IMG/VR virus record: IMGVR_UViG_3300031576_000005
Span: 64,001-128,000 of that record
Source of the DNA: a virus
DNA: 64,000 nucleotides
Direction: 5' to 3' (one strand)
Under the pieces are notes generated by a model that saw only the letters and a program-made list of their open reading frames with translations, made no database searches and was not told the DNA's origin. The position numbers and the translations under genes were made by a program. Below are positions 19,816 through 29,164 of the stretch, one piece after another (the stretch's first letter is position 1; every line of letters begins with the position of its first letter).

Positions 19816-20127
19816 ATGCATATTAAAATTAATCGTAACGACATGTGGTTTCGCTTTAGTTATTATAAAAAACAAGTGCCTTTTTATAAGGCCACGGCTC
19901 ATTATTTAACGTGGGGATGGCTTGATTTATTGGTAGTAATTGGTTGTAATAAAAGAGAATATGAAGGGTCTCTTTTTAAAAGCCATTGGAGCAATACATT
20001 ATTAAAAGAAATATCGAAAAAATTAAGAAAGCCCAATAAAATAGTCATTCCTTTAAACAGGGATGGATTGGTAAATATCCCTAAGACAAAATCTACCGAA
20101 CAAAAGAAAAATAGTAAAAAGAAGTAA
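19816..20127 (+). CDS. Hypothetical protein
   Basis: TAATATG junctions at both ends. Confidence 0.55.
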   Translation: MHIKINRNDMWFRFSYYKKQVPFYKATAHYLTWGWLDLLVVIGCNKREYEGSLFKSHWSNTLLKEISKKLRKPNKIVIPLNRDGLVNIPKTKSTEQKKNSKKK

Positions 20128-20128
20128 T

Positions 20129-20620
20129 ATGTATCAATATAATTTGTATAGGTCTAAAAAAGATAATAGTGGGGTTGCCGTTCAGTTTAAAGTAAATAAA
20201 GAATCTCTTTATTTGTCTTTGGCTAAACAAAAATCAAGCGAAGGGAAAAATGGTACCTATCACTGGCTTAAGAAGGGTGACGTTCCAGATAATAAAAAGA
20301 GTATAAATATAAAGTTCGGATTACCTGATATTGGTTCTTTTTTGTCTGTTATTGATGGAAAGCAAGATAAGGTAGATATTTATCATGAATTTGTAAAAGA
20401 TGATAAAAAAAGCGTTACACATATTGGTTTTGTTTCTTATTCAAAAGAGGGAACAGACAAGCAAGGAAAGCCAATAACTTATAAAGGATATGCATTAAAC
20501 ATAAATAGAGACGGAGAAAAATATAGCTTGGTAATTAGTGTTAGTGAGGCCGAAGTATTAAAATTAGTTTTGCAAGAGGCCGCGATGAATCAATGTTATA
20601 TTGAGCTAAAAGAGAAATGA
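20129..20620 (+). CDS. Whirly-like ssDNA-binding protein
   Basis: YNLYR, YHW, IKFGLPDIGSFL, IYHE, GYALNI, ISVSEAEVL follow the Whirly-domain pattern. Confidence 0.55.
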   Translation: MYQYNLYRSKKDNSGVAVQFKVNKESLYLSLAKQKSSEGKNGTYHWLKKGDVPDNKKSINIKFGLPDIGSFLSVIDGKQDKVDIYHEFVKDDKKSVTHIGFVSYSKEGTDKQGKPITYKGYALNINRDGEKYSLVISVSEAEVLKLVLQEAAMNQCYIELKEK

Positions 20621-21348
20621 AAAAATATCTAATTATATTATTTAGTCTTCTGCTAACTGGATGTGGTGTGTTTCAGTCAAAAAGAGAAAATTTAATTCCA
20701 AGCGCTCCGCGATTAGATTATAAACAGGAAGAAAAAATCAAGGAGTTAGCTAAGGTAAATGATGACCTTGCGAGTAAAATTCGAATTAATGGAACCGAGG
20801 CTAATTCGATTGAATCCGTTACACTCTCAAATGGAACAAAAATAATGGTAAGATTTGTTGGCACACCATTTCAAGATATTGATGGCAATGACGTTAGACT
20901 TGCTGAAAAAGTTACTGCCGACGCTAAACGAGTTGTTGAAGATTACAATAAAGAACAGGCTAAATATGAAGATACGCTTAACGGGGCTAGAGAGAAACAA
21001 ATTAATAAAATTAATACGTACTGGGATTGGAAGAAGCTTTTGGGGGGTGGAATTTTTACTTGGATAATCGCTATAGTCGCCGTTCCAATTCTTGGTGCTA
21101 TTTTTCCAGTTATTATCCCGGTTGTTTCGCTTATCTATCAATTATTCAAAGCTGGCCTGTCTGCTTTTTCTGTAGTCGCAAAATTAGGTGTTGGAGGAAT
21201 GGTTAGTATTGTAAAAGCAATTGAAAGATATCGAGAAGAAAATAAAAATACTCCAGAGGGCAAAAAATTTGATGACCATATGAGCAAACAGTTAGATATG
21301 CCAGTCAAAGATTCTCTCGATAAATTCAAAAATAACTTTAATATATAG
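20617..21348 (+). CDS. Lipoprotein with distal transmembrane segment(s), candidate unimolecular spanin
   Basis: Signal peptide with lipobox LTGC, helical middle region, long hydrophobic stretch near the C-terminus. Confidence 0.55.
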   Translation: MKKYLIILFSLLLTGCGVFQSKRENLIPSAPRLDYKQEEKIKELAKVNDDLASKIRINGTEANSIESVTLSNGTKIMVRFVGTPFQDIDGNDVRLAEKVTADAKRVVEDYNKEQAKYEDTLNGAREKQINKINTYWDWKKLLGGGIFTWIIAIVAVPILGAIFPVIIPVVSLIYQLFKAGLSAFSVVAKLGVGGMVSIVKAIERYREENKNTPEGKKFDDHMSKQLDMPVKDSLDKFKNNFNI

Positions 21349-21360
21349 ATAAGTTTTTAT

Positions 21361-21929
21361 ATGATAGTTTGTTTAGTTTTTTTTAATACATATGATGAAA
21401 ACCCACTATTATTAAAAGTTTAGTTCGTTGTGATGAATGTAAAAAAGAAAGAATAATCACTAAAAGTAATGTGGTATTTTGTTTTGGAAAAGACTATTGT
21501 AAATCGTGTAGCTTAAAAGGACGAAGGTTTTCTTTTGAGCATAAAAAAAAATTATCTGAATCAAAAATTGGTATTAAAAATCCTCAATTTGGGAAAACTA
21601 GGGATAAATCTCCAAGTTGGAATTCGCAATTAACTGAAAAAGATAGAACAGACAAAAGATATATATTAGAGTTCGGAATATGGAGCAAAAGTGTAAAAGA
21701 AAGAGATAATTTTACATGTAAAATAAGGGGAGATAGCCGAGGTGGAAATTTAGTTTCTCATCATTTATATAATTGGGCTAAATATGCAAATAAACGGTAC
21801 GATATAAATAATGGAATAACAATAAGAAAAGATATTCATGAACTTTTCCATATTATTTATGGAGCCAAAAACAATACGCCCGTGCAATTTGAAGAATTTA
21901 CATTTTATATTAAAGGAGTTTTATTATGA
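21361..21929 (+). pseudogene. NUMOD3-HNH endonuclease (copy 2), frameshifted near the 5' end
   Basis: MIVCLVFFNTY at 21361 continues as TIIKSLVRCDEC in the -1 frame from about 21400. Confidence 0.8.
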
Positions 21930-22122
21930 CGCCAGAGAATTTTTGTTATTTTTTACAGGGCTTTTTGAACTTACTAAATCTGAGAAACTAACGAAAGAGC
22001 AGGTTCAAGAAATAAAAAATCATCTTAATTTGGTTCTTAATAAAGTCACACCAGTTGTTGGTAGCGTCACGACAACATCTCCCATTGCTTATTGTAAGAA
22101 TATTGTGGTTGGCACAGGATAG
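21926..22122 (+). pseudogene. Small phage protein (MTPENFCYFLQGF-FELTK...IKNHLNLV), frameshifted at a T5 run
   Basis: ATGA overlap at 21926; one extra T at 21962-21966 joins the two frames. Confidence 0.55.
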
Positions 22123-22124
22123 TC

Positions 22125-22180
22125 ACCACCAGAATTCCGTTTTCTTCGACAGCCACAGGCTAACGATAATTTTTGGTGGT
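22125..22180. terminator. Imperfect long hairpin at the convergence of the two gene arms
   Basis: ACCACCAGAATT ... AATTTTTGGTGGT between convergent stop codons; no clear U-tract. Confidence 0.35.
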
Positions 22181-22181
22181 C

Positions 22182-22694
22182 TTAAATAATCGTATAAATG
22201 ATTATTAATAAATTATAAGTGGAATGTAAAGCTATACTTGTCCATAGTCTCTTTGTCTTCAACACTAGCCAGCAACATAGAAATCCCATAGAAATTATTA
22301 TACAGGTAAAACCGATTGGAACGCAATGACATAGCCCAAATATGATACTAGTTAAACTAACTAGCCCGTATTTTAAGAAATTATTTGTAGTATCTTTTAT
22401 TTTGTAAATAATACCCCTGAATTCTATCTCTTCTAGAATCGGGGCTAATATTACACTAGTTATCCATGCTGCCTTTATTCCCAAAAAATGTGTTATCAGG
22501 CCGTAGATAAATGTATTAGCTTTTATTAGACAATAAACAAAGAGAATAAACCAATCTGGATATGCTAGTCTATCTACAAATAAAGCCTGGAAAATCCAGG
22601 TATTATTTGTGAAGAGCATTGTCAATCCCGAAAATACAATAAAAAAATTGGCTATAAATATTGACGAAAAGAGTGGTTGCCATGGTTTTGTCAT
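22182..22694 (-). CDS. CPBP (CAAX/Abi) intramembrane metalloprotease
   Basis: APILEEIEFRG, FGLCH, IALHSTYN; several transmembrane segments. Confidence 0.85.
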   Translation of the reverse strand: MTKPWQPLFSSIFIANFFIVFSGLTMLFTNNTWIFQALFVDRLAYPDWFILFVYCLIKANTFIYGLITHFLGIKAAWITSVILAPILEEIEFRGIIYKIKDTTNNFLKYGLVSLTSIIFGLCHCVPIGFTCIIISMGFLCCWLVLKTKRLWTSIALHSTYNLLIIIYTII

Positions 22695-22736
22695 TAATAG
22701 ATTTTACACTCTTTTTGGTGGAGACGGCGTTTAAAG

Positions 22737-23127
22737 TGGTGGAGATGCAGGCATTCCAGCCTGGTGTTAGAAAAGTTTCAGTCTAATTTTAATACCATAT
22801 CTATTTTTTTGAGGTATTTAGAAAGGGAAAATAACAAACCTTTCTAGCCTTTTCTCACTCTTTAGTTAAGTCCGTTGTAAGAACCGCCTTAACCCTAGAT
22901 TATTATTACTTATATTTATATCCAGGAATTAATATAAGTTGCAGCTTATGACGCTAACGCCAAATCAGCATCCAAAGATACCGTACTGCGAGCAAAGGTT
23001 TTAGCTCTGCTATTTAGTGCTTTATTGTAAGCATTTGAACTTTTACTAGGATTTTATAGTGGCCATCATAGCTTCCACTGGTATAGTTAGAACTAATTCT
23101 ATTTCTAGTCGAATTATGTTCACCCCC
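22737..23127 (-). ncRNA. ssrA: tmRNA
   Basis: 5' GGGGGTGAACATAATTCGAC pairs with 3' CATCTCC-ACCA including G3:U70. Complementary P2 arms are present. Internal tag ORF 23032-22946 encodes AYNKALNSRAKTFARSTVSLDADLALAS*. Confidence 0.88.
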
Positions 23128-23151
23128 TTAAATCTATATATTATTACACTA

Positions 23152-24084
23152 TTATTTTGGAATTTGAGCAAGACTAACCACCTTTGTAGATTTACCACTC
23201 AGAGAGCTGGCTAGTTCTATATTTTTTGTGATTTCAATATCGGCTTGTTCGAGTTTATCCAATATTGGCTTGTCCTCATCCGAGGTAAGGTTTAATAAAA
23301 CAACATAGGTTTTAATTCTTTCTTCTAAAGTATGAAGTTTTCCTAATTGTTTCTGAAAAGCAGTTTTTCTTAGGTATTTTACAGCACCAGTTTCAAAACG
23401 TTGCCTTTGCTCAAGTGCGAAAGCTATTTCTTTTTCTAATAAAGCAATTGTTTGCCGAGAGAATTGCTCAACTATAGTATTACGAGTTTGTGTTCCAGTA
23501 TCCACAGCAATAATTTGAATCTGAATCCCTTTCGCTCCAGCCGCGACCAATAATTTAAATAAATTCTCAACTTTGTCAACATTAACTTTATATTTACTCG
23601 GAACGAATATGCATTTATCACACAGAATATCAATTCCCATAGAAACAAAGAAAATTTCTTTTAGTTTCTGCCCGACTTCGACAGCCCCTAGTTGATTTCG
23701 ATATTCTTTATAAGATTCAACAATAGCCTCTGTCCTAAAATCTGATTTTCCCTGAATTATCTCTAATTCACTATTTAGAGTTAATACGTTATGAACGTTA
23801 TAAATTAAGTCTTTTATATCTCCGAATTTTCTTTCCTCTACAAGCCCCGAAGACATTGTAGAGCCGGATTTAACCACGGGTCGAATCATGAAGCCCTCCT
23901 CACCTTCTATACTTTCCTTAAGAGCCTTTTGAAATGCCTTTCTTGGCATTCTTTCGTTGGGGCAAAATTGTTCTTTGAGGCCAGCCTCATGAAACGCATT
24001 CATCACAACTTCTTTTGGTAAATCGAAGTCAGACATTGAAAAACCTACTATCACACCAAAGCTTCTATCTAATTGTAATTCCAT
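23152..24084 (-). CDS. Hypothetical protein (possibly DUF3150/DUF6744-like)
   Basis: 310 aa ORF; family guess is weak. Confidence 0.45.
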   Translation of the reverse strand: MELQLDRSFGVIVGFSMSDFDLPKEVVMNAFHEAGLKEQFCPNERMPRKAFQKALKESIEGEEGFMIRPVVKSGSTMSSGLVEERKFGDIKDLIYNVHNVLTLNSELEIIQGKSDFRTEAIVESYKEYRNQLGAVEVGQKLKEIFFVSMGIDILCDKCIFVPSKYKVNVDKVENLFKLLVAAGAKGIQIQIIAVDTGTQTRNTIVEQFSRQTIALLEKEIAFALEQRQRFETGAVKYLRKTAFQKQLGKLHTLEERIKTYVVLLNLTSDEDKPILDKLEQADIEITKNIELASSLSGKSTKVVSLAQIPK

Positions 24085-24097
24085 ATTTTATTATTAA

Positions 24098-24313
24098 TTA
24101 AGTTATTAAATTGACGCTAACATTTCCTATAGCAATTTCTTTTGAGAGAATTTCTTCATTAATCTTTCCACCGTGTTCTTCAACAATTTTCTTTTTGTTT
24201 TTAAGTAGATATTCAACAATTTCTTGATGAGCCATACCATCGGCCACTTCTAGCTTAATTACTTTAGATTTATATTTTAACTTGGGATATGAAATTTTTG
24301 CTTTAATTATCAT
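24098..24313 (-). CDS. Small hypothetical protein
   Basis: Co-oriented ORF filling the gap. Confidence 0.5.
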   Translation of the reverse strand: MIIKAKISYPKLKYKSKVIKLEVADGMAHQEIVEYLLKNKKKIVEEHGGKINEEILSKEIAIGNVSVNLIT

Positions 24314-24428
24314 AATTAATTAAAATAAATTTGTGTTTTTTTATTAATACAATCTGGGTTTTGTATTATCTTATAGATTGCCGGAATACTTTTATTGGTT
24401 AAAGAAAAATTTTCTCCTATTTCCAGTT

Positions 24429-25472
24429 TCATTCATTTATCCTTTTTTCAAAATCAATCATTTCTTCAATTATCTCATCTAGAGTTTTTGTTGGATTCCA
24501 ACCAAGTATTGTTTTAGCCTTTGTCGCGTCTCCTATTAAGTGCGGAACCTCGGCTGGACGATATAAAGATTTCAGAGACTCTACTAATACCAATCCATCT
24601 TCAATAGATATTTCTTGCTGTGGCGTATCATCAATATTATTTAATTTTGTCCAAGATAATTTATGACCTAATTTTTCAAATGTTTTATTACAAAAATCTT
24701 TAACGCTTGTTGTTATTCCAGAAGCAATACAAAAATCATCCGGGATATTATGCTCTAAAATTAATTCTACAGCTTTAGCTGTATCACCAGCCCAAATCCA
24801 ATCTCTAGTTGGCGTCAAATTACCTAAATATAGCGGCGTAATTGGCAACCCACATTGAATTTCGTTATGAATCCTAACGGCTTCTGTTATTATCTTTTTT
24901 GTGACAAATTCTGGTCCGCGCAAGGGACTCTCAAAGTTAAAACTGATTAAATTAGAAGCGAAAATTTTATATGATTCTCTAAAATTAATTGTAGTATGCA
25001 ATCCTAAGCACTTAGCACATCCATATGGGCTTCGTGGCATCAGTAGAGACTTTTCGTTATATGGAAAATCTTTCCCATTTCCGAAGATTTCCGAAGAAGA
25101 CATCTGGAGAAAACGAGTTTCTGGAGAATATTTTTTAATGGCATCTAAACAACGATAAACCCCAATTCCAGTAACGTCGAGTGTATAAGCCCCTATATCC
25201 CAACTACTTCCAACAAATGATTGAGCGGCAGTATTAGCAAATAAGTCAGGCTTATACTTATCAACCACCCTATCAATAGAGGATTGGTCAGCTAGGTCAA
25301 AATGTTCAATAGTAACTTTATCCAACAAATAAAAATGTTTTAATCTCCATGGATTCCAATTAGCAGAACGTCTAGCTCCACCAATAACCTTATATCCCTT
25401 TTCAAGATAAAGCTTTGTCAAATATGCTGCAAGCTGTCCTGTTATCCCGGTGATTAGAATAGTTTTACTCAT
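24429..25472 (-). CDS. gmd: GDP-mannose 4,6-dehydratase
   Basis: LITGITGQ, AAQSFV, SSSEIFG, PRSPYGCAK, FNFESPLRG, RDW, YRPAEV. Confidence 0.92.
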   Translation of the reverse strand: MSKTILITGITGQLAAYLTKLYLEKGYKVIGGARRSANWNPWRLKHFYLLDKVTIEHFDLADQSSIDRVVDKYKPDLFANTAAQSFVGSSWDIGAYTLDVTGIGVYRCLDAIKKYSPETRFLQMSSSEIFGNGKDFPYNEKSLLMPRSPYGCAKCLGLHTTINFRESYKIFASNLISFNFESPLRGPEFVTKKIITEAVRIHNEIQCGLPITPLYLGNLTPTRDWIWAGDTAKAVELILEHNIPDDFCIASGITTSVKDFCNKTFEKLGHKLSWTKLNNIDDTPQQEISIEDGLVLVESLKSLYRPAEVPHLIGDATKAKTILGWNPTKTLDEIIEEMIDFEKRINE

Positions 25473-25478
25473 ATTATT

Positions 25479-25507
25479 ATATTATCACTTTACTAATTAA
25501 ATTTCAA
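25479..25507 (-). promoter_or_regulatory. Sigma70-type leaderless promoter of gmd
   Basis: TTGAAA-N17-TAATAT with TGn, ATG 6 nt downstream. Confidence 0.65.
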
Positions 25508-25723
25508 CTAAATAATCCCTCAGATTCAAAATGTTTGATAAGATTGCGAAAACCAATAGCCACAACTTGATTTTTATGATAAATCACTGGCGTTGGCCGC
25601 CCCTTTACTCGGTTCTAGGGTTTCGTCGGTTAAAATCAATCCTGGGTTGATTCCTTGCCATTCTAGGAACATAATGCAAAGATTTAATTCTTGCCCACAT
25701 TTGGGACTTCTAATTTGCCACAT
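25505..25723 (-). pseudogene. Possible glutaredoxin-like small gene with a frameshift
   Basis: MWQIRSPKCGQELNLC... continues in another frame as PTPVIYHKNQVVAIGFRNLIKHF; shift near 25600. Confidence 0.3.
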
Positions 25724-25724
25724 A

Positions 25725-25964
25725 TTATTTCCATTCCATGTCTTTGCCCCACGTAATTGTCATCCATCCAAGCGATAATTGGGTTGATTGGCCTCCATCA
25801 TAATAACCCACCGGCCATTTACCTATCTGAAATTTCTTATGGAGAAATAATGATATAAAATTATACTTAATATATGGGGCTTCGTCCCAATATTGTTTAT
25901 ATTGATGGTGATATTTATATGTTAAAAGTCTCATATTAAACTTCGTGACAAGAAAACTTTTCAT
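25725..25964 (-). CDS. Small hypothetical protein
   Basis: Co-oriented ORF; exact start uncertain. Confidence 0.45.
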   Translation of the reverse strand: MKSFLVTKFNMRLLTYKYHHQYKQYWDEAPYIKYNFISLFLHKKFQIGKWPVGYYDGGQSTQLSLGWMTITWGKDMEWK

Positions 25965-26640
25965 TCTCTAGTATAGCATAATGATTCAGGTTGGTATCTA
26001 GGCAAAGATTTGATGAATTTTTTCCAGGTATTTCTAATGGCATTTTACAAATTGTGTGTCCAAAGATTTGATTTACGTTATCTATCGGCTCAAATTCTTC
26101 TCTTAGGTCTAACCACGTTATTCCACCATAATCACTCCACCCTCCCCTCGCCTTTCCAACACCAACGTATTGGGAATACAAATTGGCTTCGCACGCTTTA
26201 ATAGCCTCGTCGCAACACTGTTGAATATGTTCTGGATTTATTCCATTTAAAGGATGGCTAAATACATATGGGGATATACCAGCATGTGAGATATAAAAGT
26301 CCTGATGATAATAAAAAAGTTTAAATTTATCCCAATCTTCTTTCGTCAAAATCGAATTAATTACTTTACATTTTTTATATGTAAAACCAGAACATGTAAG
26401 CCATGTGTTGCTAGGAAATCTATATCCGATGGTATGATTACCCCAGATATGAATCCTATTCGACTGATTAATAGAAAATTTAACCCATTCCGCAGTTTTT
26501 TCAGCGTCTTTTTCAGTTCCCTGCCAAGAGTCAAATTCGTCTCCCAAAATAATAGCTAAATCCCATTTATTAGATTGTAGTATTTTTTCCGCTTTCTCAG
26601 AACGGTCGTGGATATCGGGCAAAATGATGGTAGTATTCAT
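25936..26640 (-). CDS. Calcineurin-like metallophosphoesterase
   Basis: DIH, GDEFD, GNH, SHAG, GHT. Confidence 0.88.
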   Translation of the reverse strand: MNTTIILPDIHDRSEKAEKILQSNKWDLAIILGDEFDSWQGTEKDAEKTAEWVKFSINQSNRIHIWGNHTIGYRFPSNTWLTCSGFTYKKCKVINSILTKEDWDKFKLFYYHQDFYISHAGISPYVFSHPLNGINPEHIQQCCDEAIKACEANLYSQYVGVGKARGGWSDYGGITWLDLREEFEPIDNVNQIFGHTICKMPLEIPGKNSSNLCLDTNLNHYAILENEKFSCHEV

Positions 26641-26642
26641 AT

Positions 26643-27662
26643 TTATTTTAATAGTCTAGTTAATTCACAACTCAACAAAACCGCACTTTTTTCCCAAGTA
26701 AATTGTTTAGCCGTTGTAACAGCATTTTTTGATAGATAATCGAGCCAGTCTTTTTCGGCGTGTCTCATTCTATACATAGCATTCATTAAATCTTTGTTAC
26801 CGGTTTCCGCCCAATATGCTGGTCGCGTGTAGCTATTCAAAGGAAACATATGGTTTCGACAACCTATGCTATTTAAAAAATTTAGATGCTCTTGAGTAAT
26901 CACTTGAATATTGTGTTCCACCGCGATGCCATTAAATTCATGTCTTAAAAATTCATCCATACCACAATATTTAATACCAATAAGTGGTTTTCCCATAGCC
27001 ATTGCTTCCAATGCCGGCATATTCCAGGTGCTGCTTCTACTTATAGATATCGCCACATCTGAATTGCTATATATTGTTTTTACATGGTCAAAGGATTGGG
27101 TATTATCCGTATCGTGAATAACATTCGCTTTATAAGTACTAGCTACGGCCTTTACGTAGTTTTTAAATTCGTCAGTTGCCATTCTATCTTTTAAATATAG
27201 TTCTACCGTTGGGTCTCCCTTAAATAGCGTACAAAAAGCATGCAAAACAACCTCCGCACCCGTTCGAGCGTTACTTTCGCTAAAGTGTAAAAATCTAAAT
27301 TTTTCTGAAGCTGACCTTGGGACTGGTTTAAATATTTCTGTATCGACTCCCAATGGGAAATATCCCACCTTATCATATGGATAACTATCCGTTATGAAAA
27401 AAAGATTATCCAAAGAGCAACCAATAATTGGTCGCCCATTGGCCATTTGGATGACTGGAAAAGGTAATACTGTCTCGTATACGCAAATAAAAGCATCTGT
27501 TTTATGTCCATAATCGTTACATGTTGTAGAGTAAACTACTGTTTTGCCATTTTCATCATAAAGTCCGGCTTTCTTAGCCCCCTCGTTGAGATTATTTATG
27601 ATAATGCTGCTACTAAAAAACGAGTTAGCAGAAATATCGCCTTTAACACAGAATTTATACAT
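26643..27662 (-). CDS. GT4-family glycosyltransferase
   Basis: PLGVDTEIFKP, STWNMPALEAMAMGKP, FTWEKSA. Confidence 0.85.
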   Translation of the reverse strand: MYKFCVKGDISANSFFSSSIIINNLNEGAKKAGLYDENGKTVVYSTTCNDYGHKTDAFICVYETVLPFPVIQMANGRPIIGCSLDNLFFITDSYPYDKVGYFPLGVDTEIFKPVPRSASEKFRFLHFSESNARTGAEVVLHAFCTLFKGDPTVELYLKDRMATDEFKNYVKAVASTYKANVIHDTDNTQSFDHVKTIYSNSDVAISISRSSTWNMPALEAMAMGKPLIGIKYCGMDEFLRHEFNGIAVEHNIQVITQEHLNFLNSIGCRNHMFPLNSYTRPAYWAETGNKDLMNAMYRMRHAEKDWLDYLSKNAVTTAKQFTWEKSAVLLSCELTRLLK

Positions 27663-27720
27663 ATTTATTGTTTTTTTTCTTTTATATTATCTAATTTTTT
27701 CATATTATTGCGAGTTTAAA

Positions 27721-28062
27721 TTATTTTAAAAATTTTACCATATCTTTAATTGCTAATACAACACAGGCTATGAATGTACGACATTCGCCTTGAGCTTCTT
27801 CGGATAAAAGATTTTCATGGGTTTTCTTGTATCCAAAAATCATTTTCATAAAAGTAAAAACTTCGCTATTAACTCTAGAGTCTATAAGAAATAGGTGAGA
27901 TAAATTATGTCTTTTGAATTTTGCACTTAATTCAGCCGCCTCCGTCATAAGATTTTTAGTCTCTTCGTCTAGGGAATTGATATATTCAAGAGCCTTGGCC
28001 TTTTCTGATTCGACCATGGCCTCGATATGTTCTGGATTTTTAGGGATGTTTATTTCACTCAT
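27721..28062 (-). CDS. Hypothetical protein
   Basis: ORF with its own leaderless promoter. Confidence 0.55.
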   Translation of the reverse strand: MSEINIPKNPEHIEAMVESEKAKALEYINSLDEETKNLMTEAAELSAKFKRHNLSHLFLIDSRVNSEVFTFMKMIFGYKKTHENLLSEEAQGECRTFIACVVLAIKDMVKFLK

Positions 28063-28068
28063 ATATAT

Positions 28069-28097
28069 AACATAGCAAAGTTTTAGACCTAATGCAA
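28069..28097 (-). promoter_or_regulatory. Sigma70-type leaderless promoter
   Basis: TTGCAT-N17-TATGTT with TGn, ATG 6 nt downstream. Confidence 0.6.
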
Positions 28098-28110
28098 CAA
28101 AATAATAAAA

Positions 28111-29160
28111 TTATTTTTCTAAAGCATCAAGCAATTGATTAAGAGAGTGTTTCCACGACCAATTATCTATAACTTCCTGTCGGCAAACTTTGGCTTTTTG
28201 TGCGTAAAAATCGTAATTATTTTTTATTTTAGATAATTTTTCATAAAAATCTGCGCCATCTAACCAGTTTATGTAAGCCAACCGTTCGTCTATCCACCCA
28301 TCTGGAAAATTCACGGGCAAGCCCCAATAATTTGAAACGATTTCTTTAAATTGCCCTAGTTCCATTCGTGAAACCATAACTTTTTCACAAGACGGATATA
28401 AATTAGTCGGACAATAATCGCATGTTATTACGGGAATTTCCATGGCGCTAGCCTCCGGAATACATAACCCAGCCGATGTATTATTTGGGCAATATGTTAA
28501 AACGTGGCACTTTGTAATTAATTCTCTCATTTCTGTCAAATCCATTCTCTTACAAATATATTCAACATTCATTCCTTTTTTTTTCATCTTTTCTACAAAA
28601 ATTGGTATCTTTTTAGCTCTATCGTCGGTATTCTTTATAATTAGCCGAACACTCTTATCATCGGCCCATAACGACATATACGCTTGCAGAACATGTTGTA
28701 TCCCCGACCTAAAATTCAAGCATATATTACTTAAAATTGTAAAATCATCGAATTTCTTAATTTGTTGTTGGGGGCACCAAAATTCTGTGTCGCACCCTAT
28801 ATCAATTGTTTTAGTGGGAAATCCATAGTTACTCCAAACATCCGCAATCTGTTTACTTAATCCACAAACGATATAGCGTTCATTTTCAAGCCTTTTACGA
28901 AAATTGATAAGAACATGGGGAAGAATGTTGCATTCCCATACATTGATTAATAATCTTATTTTATCTTCAAATCCAAACTCCCACTTTAAACCAGATGAAA
29001 AGACAACCGCATCTGTATCATTCTCATCACCCAATATATTCGTTTTTTTGAGTTCTTTATTTAAGTTCCAAAGAATTTGTCCAAAACTTCCCATATTTTG
29101 ATAATAACTCTCTCCCTCCGATTTTAATCGAGGGTCATCATCATAACAGAAAATTTTCAT
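28111..29160 (-). CDS. GT4-family glycosyltransferase
   Basis: IGCDTEFW, AGLCIPEASAMEIPVI, WSWKHS. Confidence 0.8.
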   Translation of the reverse strand: MKIFCYDDDPRLKSEGESYYQNMGSFGQILWNLNKELKKTNILGDENDTDAVVFSSGLKWEFGFEDKIRLLINVWECNILPHVLINFRKRLENERYIVCGLSKQIADVWSNYGFPTKTIDIGCDTEFWCPQQQIKKFDDFTILSNICLNFRSGIQHVLQAYMSLWADDKSVRLIIKNTDDRAKKIPIFVEKMKKKGMNVEYICKRMDLTEMRELITKCHVLTYCPNNTSAGLCIPEASAMEIPVITCDYCPTNLYPSCEKVMVSRMELGQFKEIVSNYWGLPVNFPDGWIDERLAYINWLDGADFYEKLSKIKNNYDFYAQKAKVCRQEVIDNWSWKHSLNQLLDALEK

Positions 29161-29164
29161 AAAA

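Noticed and set aside
22123-22184. TAG readthrough extending the 21926 gene
   Set aside because: Only a short open stretch with no supporting similarity; the hairpin explains the region equally well.
22716-22760. Separate tRNA gene at the TGGTGGAG motifs
   Set aside because: No D-arm or anticodon arm; one motif is the tmRNA 3' end and the other is a 14-nt fragment.
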